Shown here: positions 8,302-16,937 of the stretch, piece by piece
Layout of the letters: each line of letters opens with the position of its first letter
Numbering within the stretch: the stretch's first letter is position 1
IMG/VR virus record: IMGVR_UViG_3300028629_000021
Location: 1 to 40,634 of that record
Strand: one strand, 5' to 3'
DNA: 40,634 bases
Source of the DNA: a virus
Lineage: Duplodnaviria; Caudoviricetes
Notes under the pieces: generated by a model
What the model was told of the DNA's origin: nothing
What the model saw: only the letters and a program-made list of their open reading frames with translations
The model's database searches: none
Made by a program: the position numbers and the translations under genes

Positions 8302-9153
8302 GTGAAGTGTTTTTATCATAAAGCAGATATGGACGGAAGGTGCTCAGGTGCCATAGTTAAAATGAAGTATCCTGATTGTGAAATGATTGGAATTAACTAT
8401 GGAGACGCCTTTCCTTGGGAAACTATTAGTAAAGACGAAAAAATATTCATGGTAGATTTCTCACTACAACCTTTTAGTGATATGGAAAGGTTAAATTCCG
8501 TATGCGAATTAGTATGGATCGACCATCATAAAACAAGTATAGAAGAAGCTCATAATGTTGATTTTCATGCTTCTGGCGGGCAAATGCTCGATATACAATA
8601 TGCAGGGTGTGAGTTAACCTGGAAGTTCCTGCATCCGGTTGATCCTTTTAATCCTATCATCTACAAGATCCTCCCCTCTTTCGTGTATCTACTTGGCAGA
8701 TACGACGTATGGGATCATGCAAATACTCCAGGCGCATTAGAATTTCAATACGGTATTAGGAATAAAGGTTTGATGTTGCCTGACGATCCTTTATGGCCTG
8801 AATTGTTCGACACTGAATTGGTGCAGCAAATAATCAACGATGGTAGTTTATTGCTTGAATACGAAAAAAAGCAGAATGAGGCATACGCTAAGTCATGCGC
8901 TTACGATGTTGAACTTGATGGGATTCGTTGCATCGCAATTAACAAAGGACTTGCAAACTCTCTCCTTTTTGAATCAGTGTATGATCCTAATAAGCATGAT
9001 GCAATGCTTTGCTATGTTAGAAGAAATGGAAAATGGACAGTAAGCATCTATGCTGCAAAAGATAATATTGACGCATCTGCTATTTGTAAAGCACGAGGTG
9101 GTGGTGGGCACAAAGGGGCGGCAGGGTTTCAGTGTGAAACATTGCCATTCTAA
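8302..9153 (+). CDS. DHH/DHHA1 phosphoesterase (NrnA-like)
   Basis: YH.ADMDG, MVDFS, WIDHHKT, GGGGHKGAAGF; AGGAG RBS; AT-rich. Confidence 0.92.
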   Translation: MKCFYHKADMDGRCSGAIVKMKYPDCEMIGINYGDAFPWETISKDEKIFMVDFSLQPFSDMERLNSVCELVWIDHHKTSIEEAHNVDFHASGGQMLDIQYAGCELTWKFLHPVDPFNPIIYKILPSFVYLLGRYDVWDHANTPGALEFQYGIRNKGLMLPDDPLWPELFDTELVQQIINDGSLLLEYEKKQNEAYAKSCAYDVELDGIRCIAINKGLANSLLFESVYDPNKHDAMLCYVRRNGKWTVSIYAAKDNIDASAICKARGGGGHKGAAGFQCETLPF

Positions 9154-9206
9154 TTGAGGGGGGGGTAGGAAAGAACGATTAGATAGATTACACGAGGAGG
9201 CCACCG

Positions 9207-9518
9207 ATGGAAGATAAATACCGCATCTTGCTGACCGAAAAGCTACTTGGGGAGTCTTTCTTTGAAGACAGCGGAAAGTTTTACACAGGGCTTTACACCA
9301 ACGGAGATTTGATCCCTATGCGCACCTTCGACACTTGGGAGGACTTCGGGGCGGTGTGGGAGGCGATGCAGAAGAGGGAGGATTGTAAGGAGTTTTTGCT
9401 TGCGGTTCTCAAACAAAACATAAATGCCGTTGATAAATATCTATTTCCCCAACTCTGTGCCGAATGGCTCGAACAGTTCTACGAGTGGGATGGGAAGGGA
9501 TGGAGGGATACGATATGA
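9207..9518 (+). CDS. Hypothetical protein
   Basis: GAGGAGG RBS, 103 aa. Confidence 0.65.
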   Translation: MEDKYRILLTEKLLGESFFEDSGKFYTGLYTNGDLIPMRTFDTWEDFGAVWEAMQKREDCKEFLLAVLKQNINAVDKYLFPQLCAEWLEQFYEWDGKGWRDTI

Positions 9519-9685
9519 TCACCACCCCCTGGGCCGATGAGGTGGATAGATTGCGGCGCCACCTGGCGGAATTGGATAAGCTGATCTTCGGCAAGGCCGG
9601 CACGGCAGAACTGAGAGCCGCCCGGCAGCGACAAAAGGAAGACGACCGGGACACCGGCGTCAATGTTTGGAGCGAAGGAGGATAG
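9515..9685 (+). CDS. Hypothetical protein
   Basis: GGAGG RBS, ATGA overlap. Confidence 0.55.
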   Translation: MITTPWADEVDRLRRHLAELDKLIFGKAGTAELRAARQRQKEDDRDTGVNVWSEGG

Positions 9686-9688
9686 TGA

Positions 9689-9904
9689 TTGCCTGATATA
9701 GCCATCGGCCGGAAAGAAATCATGAAGACCCTGCATGTAGCGTCATGGCGCACCATCCAAGTCTGGAAAAAAACCGACGCTGGATTCAATAAAATCCTCA
9801 GACGAGCCCCAAACGGTAAGCCGTTTATCGTCATAAGTGAGGCCATCGGATGGTTCATCGACTATGACAAAATAACAAGGAAAAAAAGACAAGCCGCAAT
9901 ATAG
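9689..9904 (+). CDS. Winged-HTH/Xis-like DNA-binding protein, possible late activator
   Basis: IGRKEIMKTLHVASWRTIQVWKK...NGKPFI; last gene before terS. Confidence 0.6.
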   Translation: MPDIAIGRKEIMKTLHVASWRTIQVWKKTDAGFNKILRRAPNGKPFIVISEAIGWFIDYDKITRKKRQAAI

Positions 9905-9979
9905 TGTTACCCTATTTCATCCCTTTTGCGCCCCTATTGCATCTGACACCCCTCGCCAGTTCTGTGCTTTACTGGCATC

Positions 9980-10348
9980 ATGAAAAGTCTGGACAAAGAA
10001 GCCTCATTACAAGCTGCTGAAAAGAATCGTTGCAAGACTGAGCAGCGCCTCCGCAGGGCCGGCCTTTCCCGGACCTACTACATGAAGAAACTCAAGGACT
10101 TGTGTGAGGCTACAAAGCCCGTCTCCTGTGTTTCCGGTAAGGACGCCGGCGCGGGATCGGTGGACTTCATCGACGTTCCAGACAATCAGACCCAGCTCGG
10201 CGCCATTAGGACCATTATCGACCTCTACGGCGACAAGGCCGCGCTCAAGCAGGATGTCAAGCACGAGGGGAATATCGAAATCCTGATCACCAACTACGCC
10301 GGGGCCTCCTCTCCCACCAGCAAACCGCGAAAGGGGGCCGGGAAATGA
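9980..10348 (+). CDS. terS: Putative terminase small subunit
   Basis: Directly upstream of and coupled to TerL; helical, with VPDNQTQLGA...KQDVKHEGNIEI. Confidence 0.65.
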   Translation: MKSLDKEASLQAAEKNRCKTEQRLRRAGLSRTYYMKKLKDLCEATKPVSCVSGKDAGAGSVDFIDVPDNQTQLGAIRTIIDLYGDKAALKQDVKHEGNIEILITNYAGASSPTSKPRKGAGK

Positions 10349-11718
10349 AGATTGAAATACCCTACAACTTCGCCCCCAGGGCCTACCAGCTCCCATTCCT
10401 GGATGCCATGGACTCAGGGTGCAAGCGGGCCTGCTGGGTGGTCCATCGCCGCGGCGGCAAGGATAAGACGGCCATCAACCTGGCCTCCAAGCGCATGTTC
10501 GAGCGCGTCGGGACATATTATCACTGCCTGCCGACCTATAACCAGGGGCGCAAGGTCATTTGGGACGGCCGCGACAAGGACGGCTTCAAGTTCACCGATC
10601 ATTTCCCGGCGCCGCTGCGTAAATCCACAAACAACACGGAGATGAAAATCGAAATGCTCAACGGCTCCATCTGGCAGATCATCGGGGCCGATAACTTCGA
10701 CTCCGTGGTCGGCGCCAACCCGGTGGGGATTGTGTTCAGTGAGTGGGCAGTGTCGGACAAATACCCGGACGCCTGGAACTATTTTCGGCCGATGCTCGCG
10801 GAAAACGGTGGCTGGGCGGTGTTCATTTACACGCCACGCGGTCGCAACCACGGCTTCGAGTTGTACCAAATGTCCCTCAAAAACCCGGATTGGTTCTGCC
10901 AGCTCCTGACGGCTGACGACACAGGCGCCGTCTCCCGGGCGGACATAGAGGCGGAGCGCCAGGCCGGGATGTCGGAAGACATGATTCAGCAGGAATTCTA
11001 CTGTTCGTTCATTGCGTCCGTGGAAAACATCGTTGTGCCGTTCGACCTGATTCAATCCGCCGTCGGCCGGGATGCGCGTTACCCCGGCTCTCCCAAGGTG
11101 GCCGGCCTGGACGTGGCCCGTTTCGGTAATGACCGCACGGCCCTCGTAATTCGCCAGGGCGGGGAGATAATTCATGTTGAGACCTGGAACATGGCCGATT
11201 CGATCATGACGGCTGGACGGGTCATGGACCGCTACCGGTCCCGGCTGTTTGACGCTATCGCCGTTGACGCTATCGGGATTGGTGCTGGCGTAGCTGATCT
11301 GCTCAAGGCCAACGGCATTCCAACGGTGGCCGTCAACGTCTCCGAATCGCCATCGCTCAATGACTCGCGTTTCTCACGTCTTAGGGACGAACTGTGGTGG
11401 AAGTTGCGCCTCTGGTTCGAGGAGCGGGCCTGCGGGATCTCTCGGGGTATCATGCCACGAGTGGTGCAGCAGCTCATCGCTGATATTCAGGACATCCGTT
11501 ACGACTACACGCCCGCTGGCAAGATCAAAATCGAAAGCAAAGACGACATGAAAGAGCGTCTGGGGTTCTCCCCCGACATTGGGGATGCGCTGTGCCTAAC
11601 CTTCGCCGCGGAGCCTCGGGCCAGAAAGCCCATCGTCAGAAAGTCAACGGTAGGTTTCGGTTTCCAACCGCCGAAGCCAAGTGATTACGGCAAATATCAA
11701 GAGGTTTATGTGAGATAG
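10345..11718 (+). CDS. terL: Terminase large subunit
   Basis: PRAYQ, HRRGGKD (Walker A), GIVFSE, TPRG.NH, QEFYCSF, GLDVARFGND, SPDIGDAL. Confidence 0.95.
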   Translation: MKIEIPYNFAPRAYQLPFLDAMDSGCKRACWVVHRRGGKDKTAINLASKRMFERVGTYYHCLPTYNQGRKVIWDGRDKDGFKFTDHFPAPLRKSTNNTEMKIEMLNGSIWQIIGADNFDSVVGANPVGIVFSEWAVSDKYPDAWNYFRPMLAENGGWAVFIYTPRGRNHGFELYQMSLKNPDWFCQLLTADDTGAVSRADIEAERQAGMSEDMIQQEFYCSFIASVENIVVPFDLIQSAVGRDARYPGSPKVAGLDVARFGNDRTALVIRQGGEIIHVETWNMADSIMTAGRVMDRYRSRLFDAIAVDAIGIGAGVADLLKANGIPTVAVNVSESPSLNDSRFSRLRDELWWKLRLWFEERACGISRGIMPRVVQQLIADIQDIRYDYTPAGKIKIESKDDMKERLGFSPDIGDALCLTFAAEPRARKPIVRKSTVGFGFQPPKPSDYGKYQEVYVR

Positions 11719-11736
11719 CAGGACAGGAGGATAAAA

Positions 11737-12180
11737 ATGGCACAATCATTGACAGTTACGGTGCAGGGCAACCCGTTTCTGGACGGATCAGAGCCGGCAA
11801 AGATCACCCTGGATTGGGTGTCGGCGGCAGCGGGGACAGTAAGCCTCGATATAGCTTCGACCCTGGCTGCCGCCGTCGCGGCGAAGGGAGGGCTGGGCGG
11901 CCCCCAGCCCACGAAGATCCGGGGCAATATTATCGGCATCGAGACGGCTCCGGGACTCAACGGAGACCTGGCAAACGCACTGCCAACGGCCAACTACGAT
12001 ATCACGTTGCTGGACCCTTACTCCCTGGACGTGTGCGACGGCGTACTCGCCAACAGGTCAGGGACGGCGGCGGAGGCCGTTTACCCCAACGATCCGATAC
12101 CCGTCGATTCGGAATTGACGCTGATGATCGCCGACGCCGGGGACACGAAGAAGGGCAGAATCATCATTCACTTAGCATAA
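11737..12180 (+). CDS. Putative virion accessory/decoration protein
   Basis: Beta-rich, AGGAGG RBS, in the late operon directly before the DGR target. Confidence 0.5.
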   Translation: MAQSLTVTVQGNPFLDGSEPAKITLDWVSAAAGTVSLDIASTLAAAVAAKGGLGGPQPTKIRGNIIGIETAPGLNGDLANALPTANYDITLLDPYSLDVCDGVLANRSGTAAEAVYPNDPIPVDSELTLMIADAGDTKKGRIIIHLA

Positions 12181-12196
12181 GGAAGGGAGACGCACC

Positions 12197-14179
12197 ATGG
12201 GATGGGGAAAGCTATGGGAATTATTTAAACAGAACGCCGATACACCCTCCTCTCCTGCTGCCGGCTACAACAAGATTTATCCCAAGAGCGACAACAAATT
12301 GTATATCCTTCATTCCGACGGCACGGAGGTAGAGGTGGGGGCCTCTGCCCAGGCCGGTGAGGGCGAAATTGGCACGCCGGGAACCGCCGGGTTTGGCGTC
12401 GGTATTTGCCCGCTGTCATCCCTGCCTGCCGGGTTCACCCCGTTGCCGGGTTACAACGTTGTTGGACACAGCAATTACGGCAACTACCAGTTTACCGACG
12501 GCTCCATCATGGTGTTCGTCCCGAAATTCTATTACAGAATCGGCCATGCCAGCAACCCCACATACGCCACCTATGGGGTAAATTCGGTGGACATCAAAGG
12601 CACAGACACCTACGCGGATACGGCGGAGGCCAACGCAGCCGGGTATGCCCTGCATCGGGCGTTCATCGACGGCGGATCCGAACAGGCCGGCTTCTTTTAC
12701 GACAAATACATGACCAGCAAAAACGCCCTCGGGACGGGATATGTGGCCAGTTCGATTCTGAATGGCCTGCCGCTTTCGAGCCATGCGGACCACAACCCCT
12801 TCGCTGGTTGCACGGGTGGCGCCAACTTCTATTACAGCGCCGTTGATCTTCCCCACAGGCGGGATGGGAGCGACGGAAACGTCAATGCATCGTCCCGTTT
12901 TCACTGCGCATCCATTTTCCAGAAGGGCGCGATTGCCATACTCTCGATGGCACACGGACAAGCAGCTTATGTGAATGGCACAGGCACAACGAATTGTGCG
13001 TGGTATCACGCGACTTATAATTTCCCCAAGGGGCTGAACAACAACCAGGCTCCTGTAGCGGGCGTAATTTCCAGCGCGGATGTCAATGACACTACAATTT
13101 CATTCACTTCGGACGGGTATAGCAACTGCGGAAAAACAGGTTCCGGCAGCCCGTTTGCCAAAACCACCCACAACGGTCAAACCTGCGGAATCGCCGACGT
13201 CAATGGACTGATGTGGGAGATAAACATTGGCATGACGGCAATCGCCACCTCCCCGGCCATCGAGGCCATGACTGCGGCAAACCCCTGCGTGGTCACTGTT
13301 ACCGGGCACGGAAAGTCAACCGGAGATTATGCGCAGATTGGTGCCATCACCCAATCGGGATGGACGGCGCTAAACGACAAAATCTATAAATTGACCAAGG
13401 TCAATGACAATCAGTTCTCCCTGGATGGCGTCAACACCAGTGCATACGAGACATCCGTGGATATTGCCGGGCTGTCGAAGGCGGCGGCGTGCGTCGTCAC
13501 TTGGTCCGGTCACGGACTCTCCGGGGCTAATAACAAGGTGCGGATCGCGGGAATAACCCAGGCGGAATGGAGCGCCTTGAACGGCGAGCATACCATTACC
13601 GTGATTGACGGTGACACCTTCTCCATTGCTGTTAATACGTCCGGATACACGCTGGACTACGACGCCGAGACCGATCCTGGAACCATCACCAAGGGGGTTT
13701 ACAATGCCGCCGCCGATCCCGGAACGGTTACAATCGGCAAATGGTACGTCGCCAAGCAGGCCACGGCCATGAAAACCTTCACGTCCGGCAACAGCGCCGC
13801 CACTGACCACTGGGGAGCAACCGGTGTTGCAGCGATGATGGAGGAGTTTACGCCTGTTTTCGAAACGTCTGGCGGAGGCGCACTTGCCCAGCGAATGGGC
13901 AGCGGGGCCAACGATGTCCTGTCATCCGCTCTCTCTGGTGCAGCTTGGACGAATGCCGGGATGGGGTTCCCGATAGATGCCGATGGCATTGATACAACAG
14001 GTACTGATTTATTCGGGAAAGATTACTATTACCAATATATCAGAAACGAAATGTGCCTGCTCTCGTCTGGGTACTGGGACGGCGCGACGGCTGCGGGGGT
14101 GTGGCGCGTGCATTGGGGCTACTGTCGCGCGGATGCGAGCAGCGGCGTGGGTTTGCGCGCGGCCTGTTACCCTGATTGA
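12197..14179 (+). CDS. DGR target protein (Mtd/CLec-FGE-like receptor-binding protein) with C-terminal VR
   Basis: VFVPKFYY, LHRAFIDGG, THNG..CGIAD.NGLMWE and terminal G.W....AGVW.....R......VGLRAA. The 3' end aligns with the TR. Confidence 0.93.
   Translation: MGWGKLWELFKQNADTPSSPAAGYNKIYPKSDNKLYILHSDGTEVEVGASAQAGEGEIGTPGTAGFGVGICPLSSLPAGFTPLPGYNVVGHSNYGNYQFTDGSIMVFVPKFYYRIGHASNPTYATYGVNSVDIKGTDTYADTAEANAAGYALHRAFIDGGSEQAGFFYDKYMTSKNALGTGYVASSILNGLPLSSHADHNPFAGCTGGANFYYSAVDLPHRRDGSDGNVNASSRFHCASIFQKGAIAILSMAHGQAAYVNGTGTTNCAWYHATYNFPKGLNNNQAPVAGVISSADVNDTTISFTSDGYSNCGKTGSGSPFAKTTHNGQTCGIADVNGLMWEINIGMTAIATSPAIEAMTAANPCVVTVTGHGKSTGDYAQIGAITQSGWTALNDKIYKLTKVNDNQFSLDGVNTSAYETSVDIAGLSKAAACVVTWSGHGLSGANNKVRIAGITQAEWSALNGEHTITVIDGDTFSIAVNTSGYTLDYDAETDPGTITKGVYNAAADPGTVTIGKWYVAKQATAMKTFTSGNSAATDHWGATGVAAMMEEFTPVFETSGGGALAQRMGSGANDVLSSALSGAAWTNAGMGFPIDADGIDTTGTDLFGKDYYYQYIRNEMCLLSSGYWDGATAAGVWRVHWGYCRADASSGVGLRAACYPD
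14053..14165 (+). repeat. DGR variable repeat (VR)
   Basis: 113-nt ungapped match to 14628-14740; 24 mismatches, all opposite TR adenines. Confidence 0.97.
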
Positions 14180-14198
14180 GACGAGCGATAGCGAGGCG

Positions 14199-14603
14199 AT
14201 GGGGATACACAGCGAGGCAGGATTGAATCGGAAGTTTGTGGAGTTTGCCAAGCTCCTGAACATTTACCTGAATCATTTCCCGAAACACGAAAAATATGCA
14301 CTGGCAAACAGAATAAGGAATACGGCTTATGAAATTTACGACTTCATCACAGAAGGGCAGAAGCGTTACCATAAAAAGACCACCTTGAGCGCCCTGGACA
14401 TTGCCCATGAAAAGCTGCGGATGCAACTGCATCTGGCAAACGAGTTGGGATATTTTGAGTTTTCAGACGGCAAAAAGCATGACGATGAAAGATGGGAGGA
14501 CACGGCGGCGCACAGGTATCTGACCATAAACAAAATGGTCGATGAGCTGGGGCGCATGATCGGTGGATGGATACAGAAAATAAAAGAGGACAATCGCTGG
14601 TAG
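14199..14603 (+). CDS. avd: Accessory variability determinant (four-helix bundle)
   Basis: FPKHEKYALANRIR...KKTTL..LDIAHEKLR...VDELGRMIGGW; lies between VR and TR. Confidence 0.92.
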   Translation: MGIHSEAGLNRKFVEFAKLLNIYLNHFPKHEKYALANRIRNTAYEIYDFITEGQKRYHKKTTLSALDIAHEKLRMQLHLANELGYFEFSDGKKHDDERWEDTAAHRYLTINKMVDELGRMIGGWIQKIKEDNRW

Positions 14604-14627
14604 CAAACGGGTAACATATTAACATGA

Positions 14628-14740
14628 GTGCCTGATCTCGTCTGGGAACTGGAACAACACGACGAATGCAGGGGTGTGGAACGTGAATTGGAACAACTAT
14701 CGCACGAATACGAACAACAACGTGGGTTTGCGCGCGGACT
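14628..14740 (+). ncRNA. DGR template repeat (TR)
   Basis: Intergenic, AAC/AAT-rich copy of the VR (12 AAY codons in the VR frame), between avd and RT. Confidence 0.97.
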
Positions 14741-14861
14741 ACGGCTCTTTCCTCAACCCTCGAACGAGGATAGTGGAGCCACAGGGATATGTTATCCGGC
14801 CTTGGGCGAAATCAAATAGCTCCCCCCTTTTTGGTAGGGAAACCGAAGACCAGGGGGCGAT

Positions 14862-15908
14862 ATGAAGCGATACGGCAATCTTTTTGAAAAGGCGTTCAGC
14901 GAAGAAAATATGTATCAAGCCTATCTTGATGCACGACGAGGAAAGCGTGGAAAGCGCGCCTGTTTCGAGTTTGAGAAGCATTTGGGAGATAACCTTGCAT
15001 CTTTACACAACGCAATTCACACAGGAACGTATGCGCCAAGCCCGTATTTCCAGTTTGTCGTTTACGAGCCGAAACGCCGCATCATTCACGCCCCGACCTT
15101 CCGCGACGTGGTTGTCCAGCACGCCATCTATCGAACGATTTATCATATTTTTGACCGATCGTTCATATCGTCGTCGTTTGCATGCCGCATTGGCTACGGC
15201 ACACATAAGGCCGCCGCTCACGCACAAAAAGCTCTGCGGCATTACAGCGGCAACGACTATTATCTGAAATTGGACGTGCGCAAGTTTTTTTATTCCATCG
15301 CAAGAAATACGCTTCGGAAGCTTATCGAGAAGAAGATTAAAGATCGCCGCCTCGTGGACATTATGATGATGTTTGCAGAGATGGAGGGGGCGGAGCGCGG
15401 GATTCCGATCGGAAATCTTTTATCGCAGATATACGCGCTCATCTTTTTGAACCCCATAGACCATTTCGTCAAGCGGGTCTGTAAAGTAAAACATTATACG
15501 CGCTATGTTGATGACCTGGTGTTGGTGGGCTTGAGTCGCGCCGAATGTTTGCAATTACGTGATGCCCTGTCCGGATTCCTGAAAAATATTCTATCTTTGG
15601 ATCTGTCGAAGGTGGTCGTTCAGAAAATTCGTAAAGGGCTGAATTTTTGTGGCTACCGAATGTGGAGGACAAAATCGTTTGTGCGGAAACACAGCATCTA
15701 TAAATTCCGCAAGTCAGTCAGGGATGAAAAGCGGGAATCTATTGCGTCACTGCTCGGACACGCGAAACGCACACTGTCCTTAATATATATGCTCAAATCT
15801 ATCAAAAAGGAGAATGCACATGGCAAAAATATACAAATACAAAAAAGTTACCGACGCATATACGACACATTGTTTGATGGAGCCGGACTACAACCTGTTG
15901 GAGCGTGA
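14862..15908 (+). CDS. DGR reverse transcriptase
   Basis: YEPKRRII, FRD.VVQHA, LKLDVRKFF.SI, GIPIGNLLSQ (DGR-type SQ), RYVDD, FCGY. Confidence 0.97.
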   Translation: MKRYGNLFEKAFSEENMYQAYLDARRGKRGKRACFEFEKHLGDNLASLHNAIHTGTYAPSPYFQFVVYEPKRRIIHAPTFRDVVVQHAIYRTIYHIFDRSFISSSFACRIGYGTHKAAAHAQKALRHYSGNDYYLKLDVRKFFYSIARNTLRKLIEKKIKDRRLVDIMMMFAEMEGAERGIPIGNLLSQIYALIFLNPIDHFVKRVCKVKHYTRYVDDLVLVGLSRAECLQLRDALSGFLKNILSLDLSKVVVQKIRKGLNFCGYRMWRTKSFVRKHSIYKFRKSVRDEKRESIASLLGHAKRTLSLIYMLKSIKKENAHGKNIQIQKSYRRIYDTLFDGAGLQPVGA

Positions 15909-16263
15909 CAATCCGTCTCTGGTAGGCGTGCGAATCACGGAGCTGTGCACCCTGGATGACTGGACATATGCCAGCGTGCCCGACGCAATCAGCCTGCCGG
16001 AGCAACCGGCGGTAATTGCCGCGACCCTGGCAGAAGTGGACCTGAGCGAGGACCCGGTGCTTAAGGCGGCCATCATCGCCGCCTCGCCCAACTGTCAGAG
16101 CATCAGGGGCCGGGTTGTGGATAAAATCCGGGCGCTGTATTCGATTGACGACGAATTTAAAATGATTCGCCTGGCCCCATCGGAAGAATCGGCGGCGTAT
16201 AACGACCACGTTGAGGCGTGCCGGGCCTGGGGCCGGGAAGAGAGAGCAAAGTTGGGGCTGTGA
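15820..16263 (+). CDS. Hypothetical protein, possible fibre chaperone
   Basis: AAGGAG RBS; overlaps the RT 3' end by 89 nt; helical C-terminus IRALYSIDDE...AYNDHVEACR. Confidence 0.7.
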   Translation: MAKIYKYKKVTDAYTTHCLMEPDYNLLERDNPSLVGVRITELCTLDDWTYASVPDAISLPEQPAVIAATLAEVDLSEDPVLKAAIIAASPNCQSIRGRVVDKIRALYSIDDEFKMIRLAPSEESAAYNDHVEACRAWGREERAKLGL

Positions 16264-16325
16264 GTACGAGAGGAAGCAATGAATGAATATCAGACAATCG
16301 CCGCAATCGCTGCCTGGGGGATAGT

Positions 16326-16643
16326 ATGAATACCTCAATCCCGACCTGGTGCGTTCCCAGTTCTGTCCTCTGCGCCCTGATCTACGGCATCCATGAGCGC
16401 CGGCCTGTGCGTATTGCGATATTCGACCTCGGGGAAGGTGTCCATCACGCACAGGCACAGGCACAGGCAGAGGACGGGCAGTGGGAGTATCTCACGGAAT
16501 ACTGGACGGGCGCCTGTATGGCGGCAAAGCTCTACCGGGAGAACCACCCTGACTGTGTAGGCAAGGAGCCGATCAGGTATTACACCGTGAGAGAGTTTCT
16601 GGAGCAGCAATCGAAGGCGTTGGGGCTGGAGGGCATACTGTAG
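16326..16643 (+). CDS. Hypothetical protein
   Basis: 105-aa ORF in operon; contains (GCACAG)x3 encoding AQAQAQ. Confidence 0.5.
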   Translation: MNTSIPTWCVPSSVLCALIYGIHERRPVRIAIFDLGEGVHHAQAQAQAEDGQWEYLTEYWTGACMAAKLYRENHPDCVGKEPIRYYTVREFLEQQSKALGLEGIL

Positions 16644-16662
16644 GGTAGCGGAGGGCAGGGCG

Positions 16663-16851
16663 ATGGAAAAGACAATCATCGGCGGGGCGGTAGCGGCGGT
16701 TGTGGGGTGGTTGGGCCTCATCCAAAAAGGCAAGGTTGACCGGGACGCCTGCCAAGCTACCCACAAGGGCCTCTGTGCCAAGCTGGACGACATCAAGGAT
16801 GACGTTGCCTATATCCGCAAGCGCCTTGATGATCACCTGGACGGTGCATGA
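16663..16851 (+). CDS. Small TM + coiled-coil protein (holin/antiholin-like)
   Basis: N-terminal hydrophobic helix, then KVDRDAC...KLDDIKDDV; upstream of the lysozyme. Confidence 0.65.
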   Translation: MEKTIIGGAVAAVVGWLGLIQKGKVDRDACQATHKGLCAKLDDIKDDVAYIRKRLDDHLDGA

Positions 16852-16937
16852 TGATTTATCCGCATCCCATCATGCTGCTGGGCGGCCCCTTTTTCGTGGT
16901 TGGCTATTACTGGCTCTGGGTTTGGAGTGCAAAGTGA
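16848..16937 (+). CDS. 29-aa hydrophobic micropeptide
   Basis: MMIYPHPIMLLGGPFFVVGYYWLWVWSAK; coupled at both ends; paralogue at 26012-26095. Confidence 0.7.
   Translation: MMIYPHPIMLLGGPFFVVGYYWLWVWSAK

Noticed and set aside
13977-14198. 208-aa extended Avd
   Set aside because: The extension overlaps the target's VR. The ATG at 14199 has a GAGG SD and gives a typical 134-aa Avd.
14628-14865. ORFs 14628-14819 and 14674-14865
   Set aside because: They are read-throughs of the TR (Asn-rich mirror of the VR) and spacer RNA, with no RBS.
14862-15908. RT as group II intron, retron or Abi RT
   Set aside because: The SQ motif, small size, adjacent avd and A-specific TR/VR pair identify a DGR.
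16449-16472. (GCACAG)n microsatellite as a phase-variation tract
   Set aside because: Only about three units, and the unit is a multiple of 3, so it cannot shift the frame.
16700-16933. N-terminal extension of the endolysin
   Set aside because: It overlaps two better-supported small genes, and lysozyme similarity starts at the GTG at 16934.
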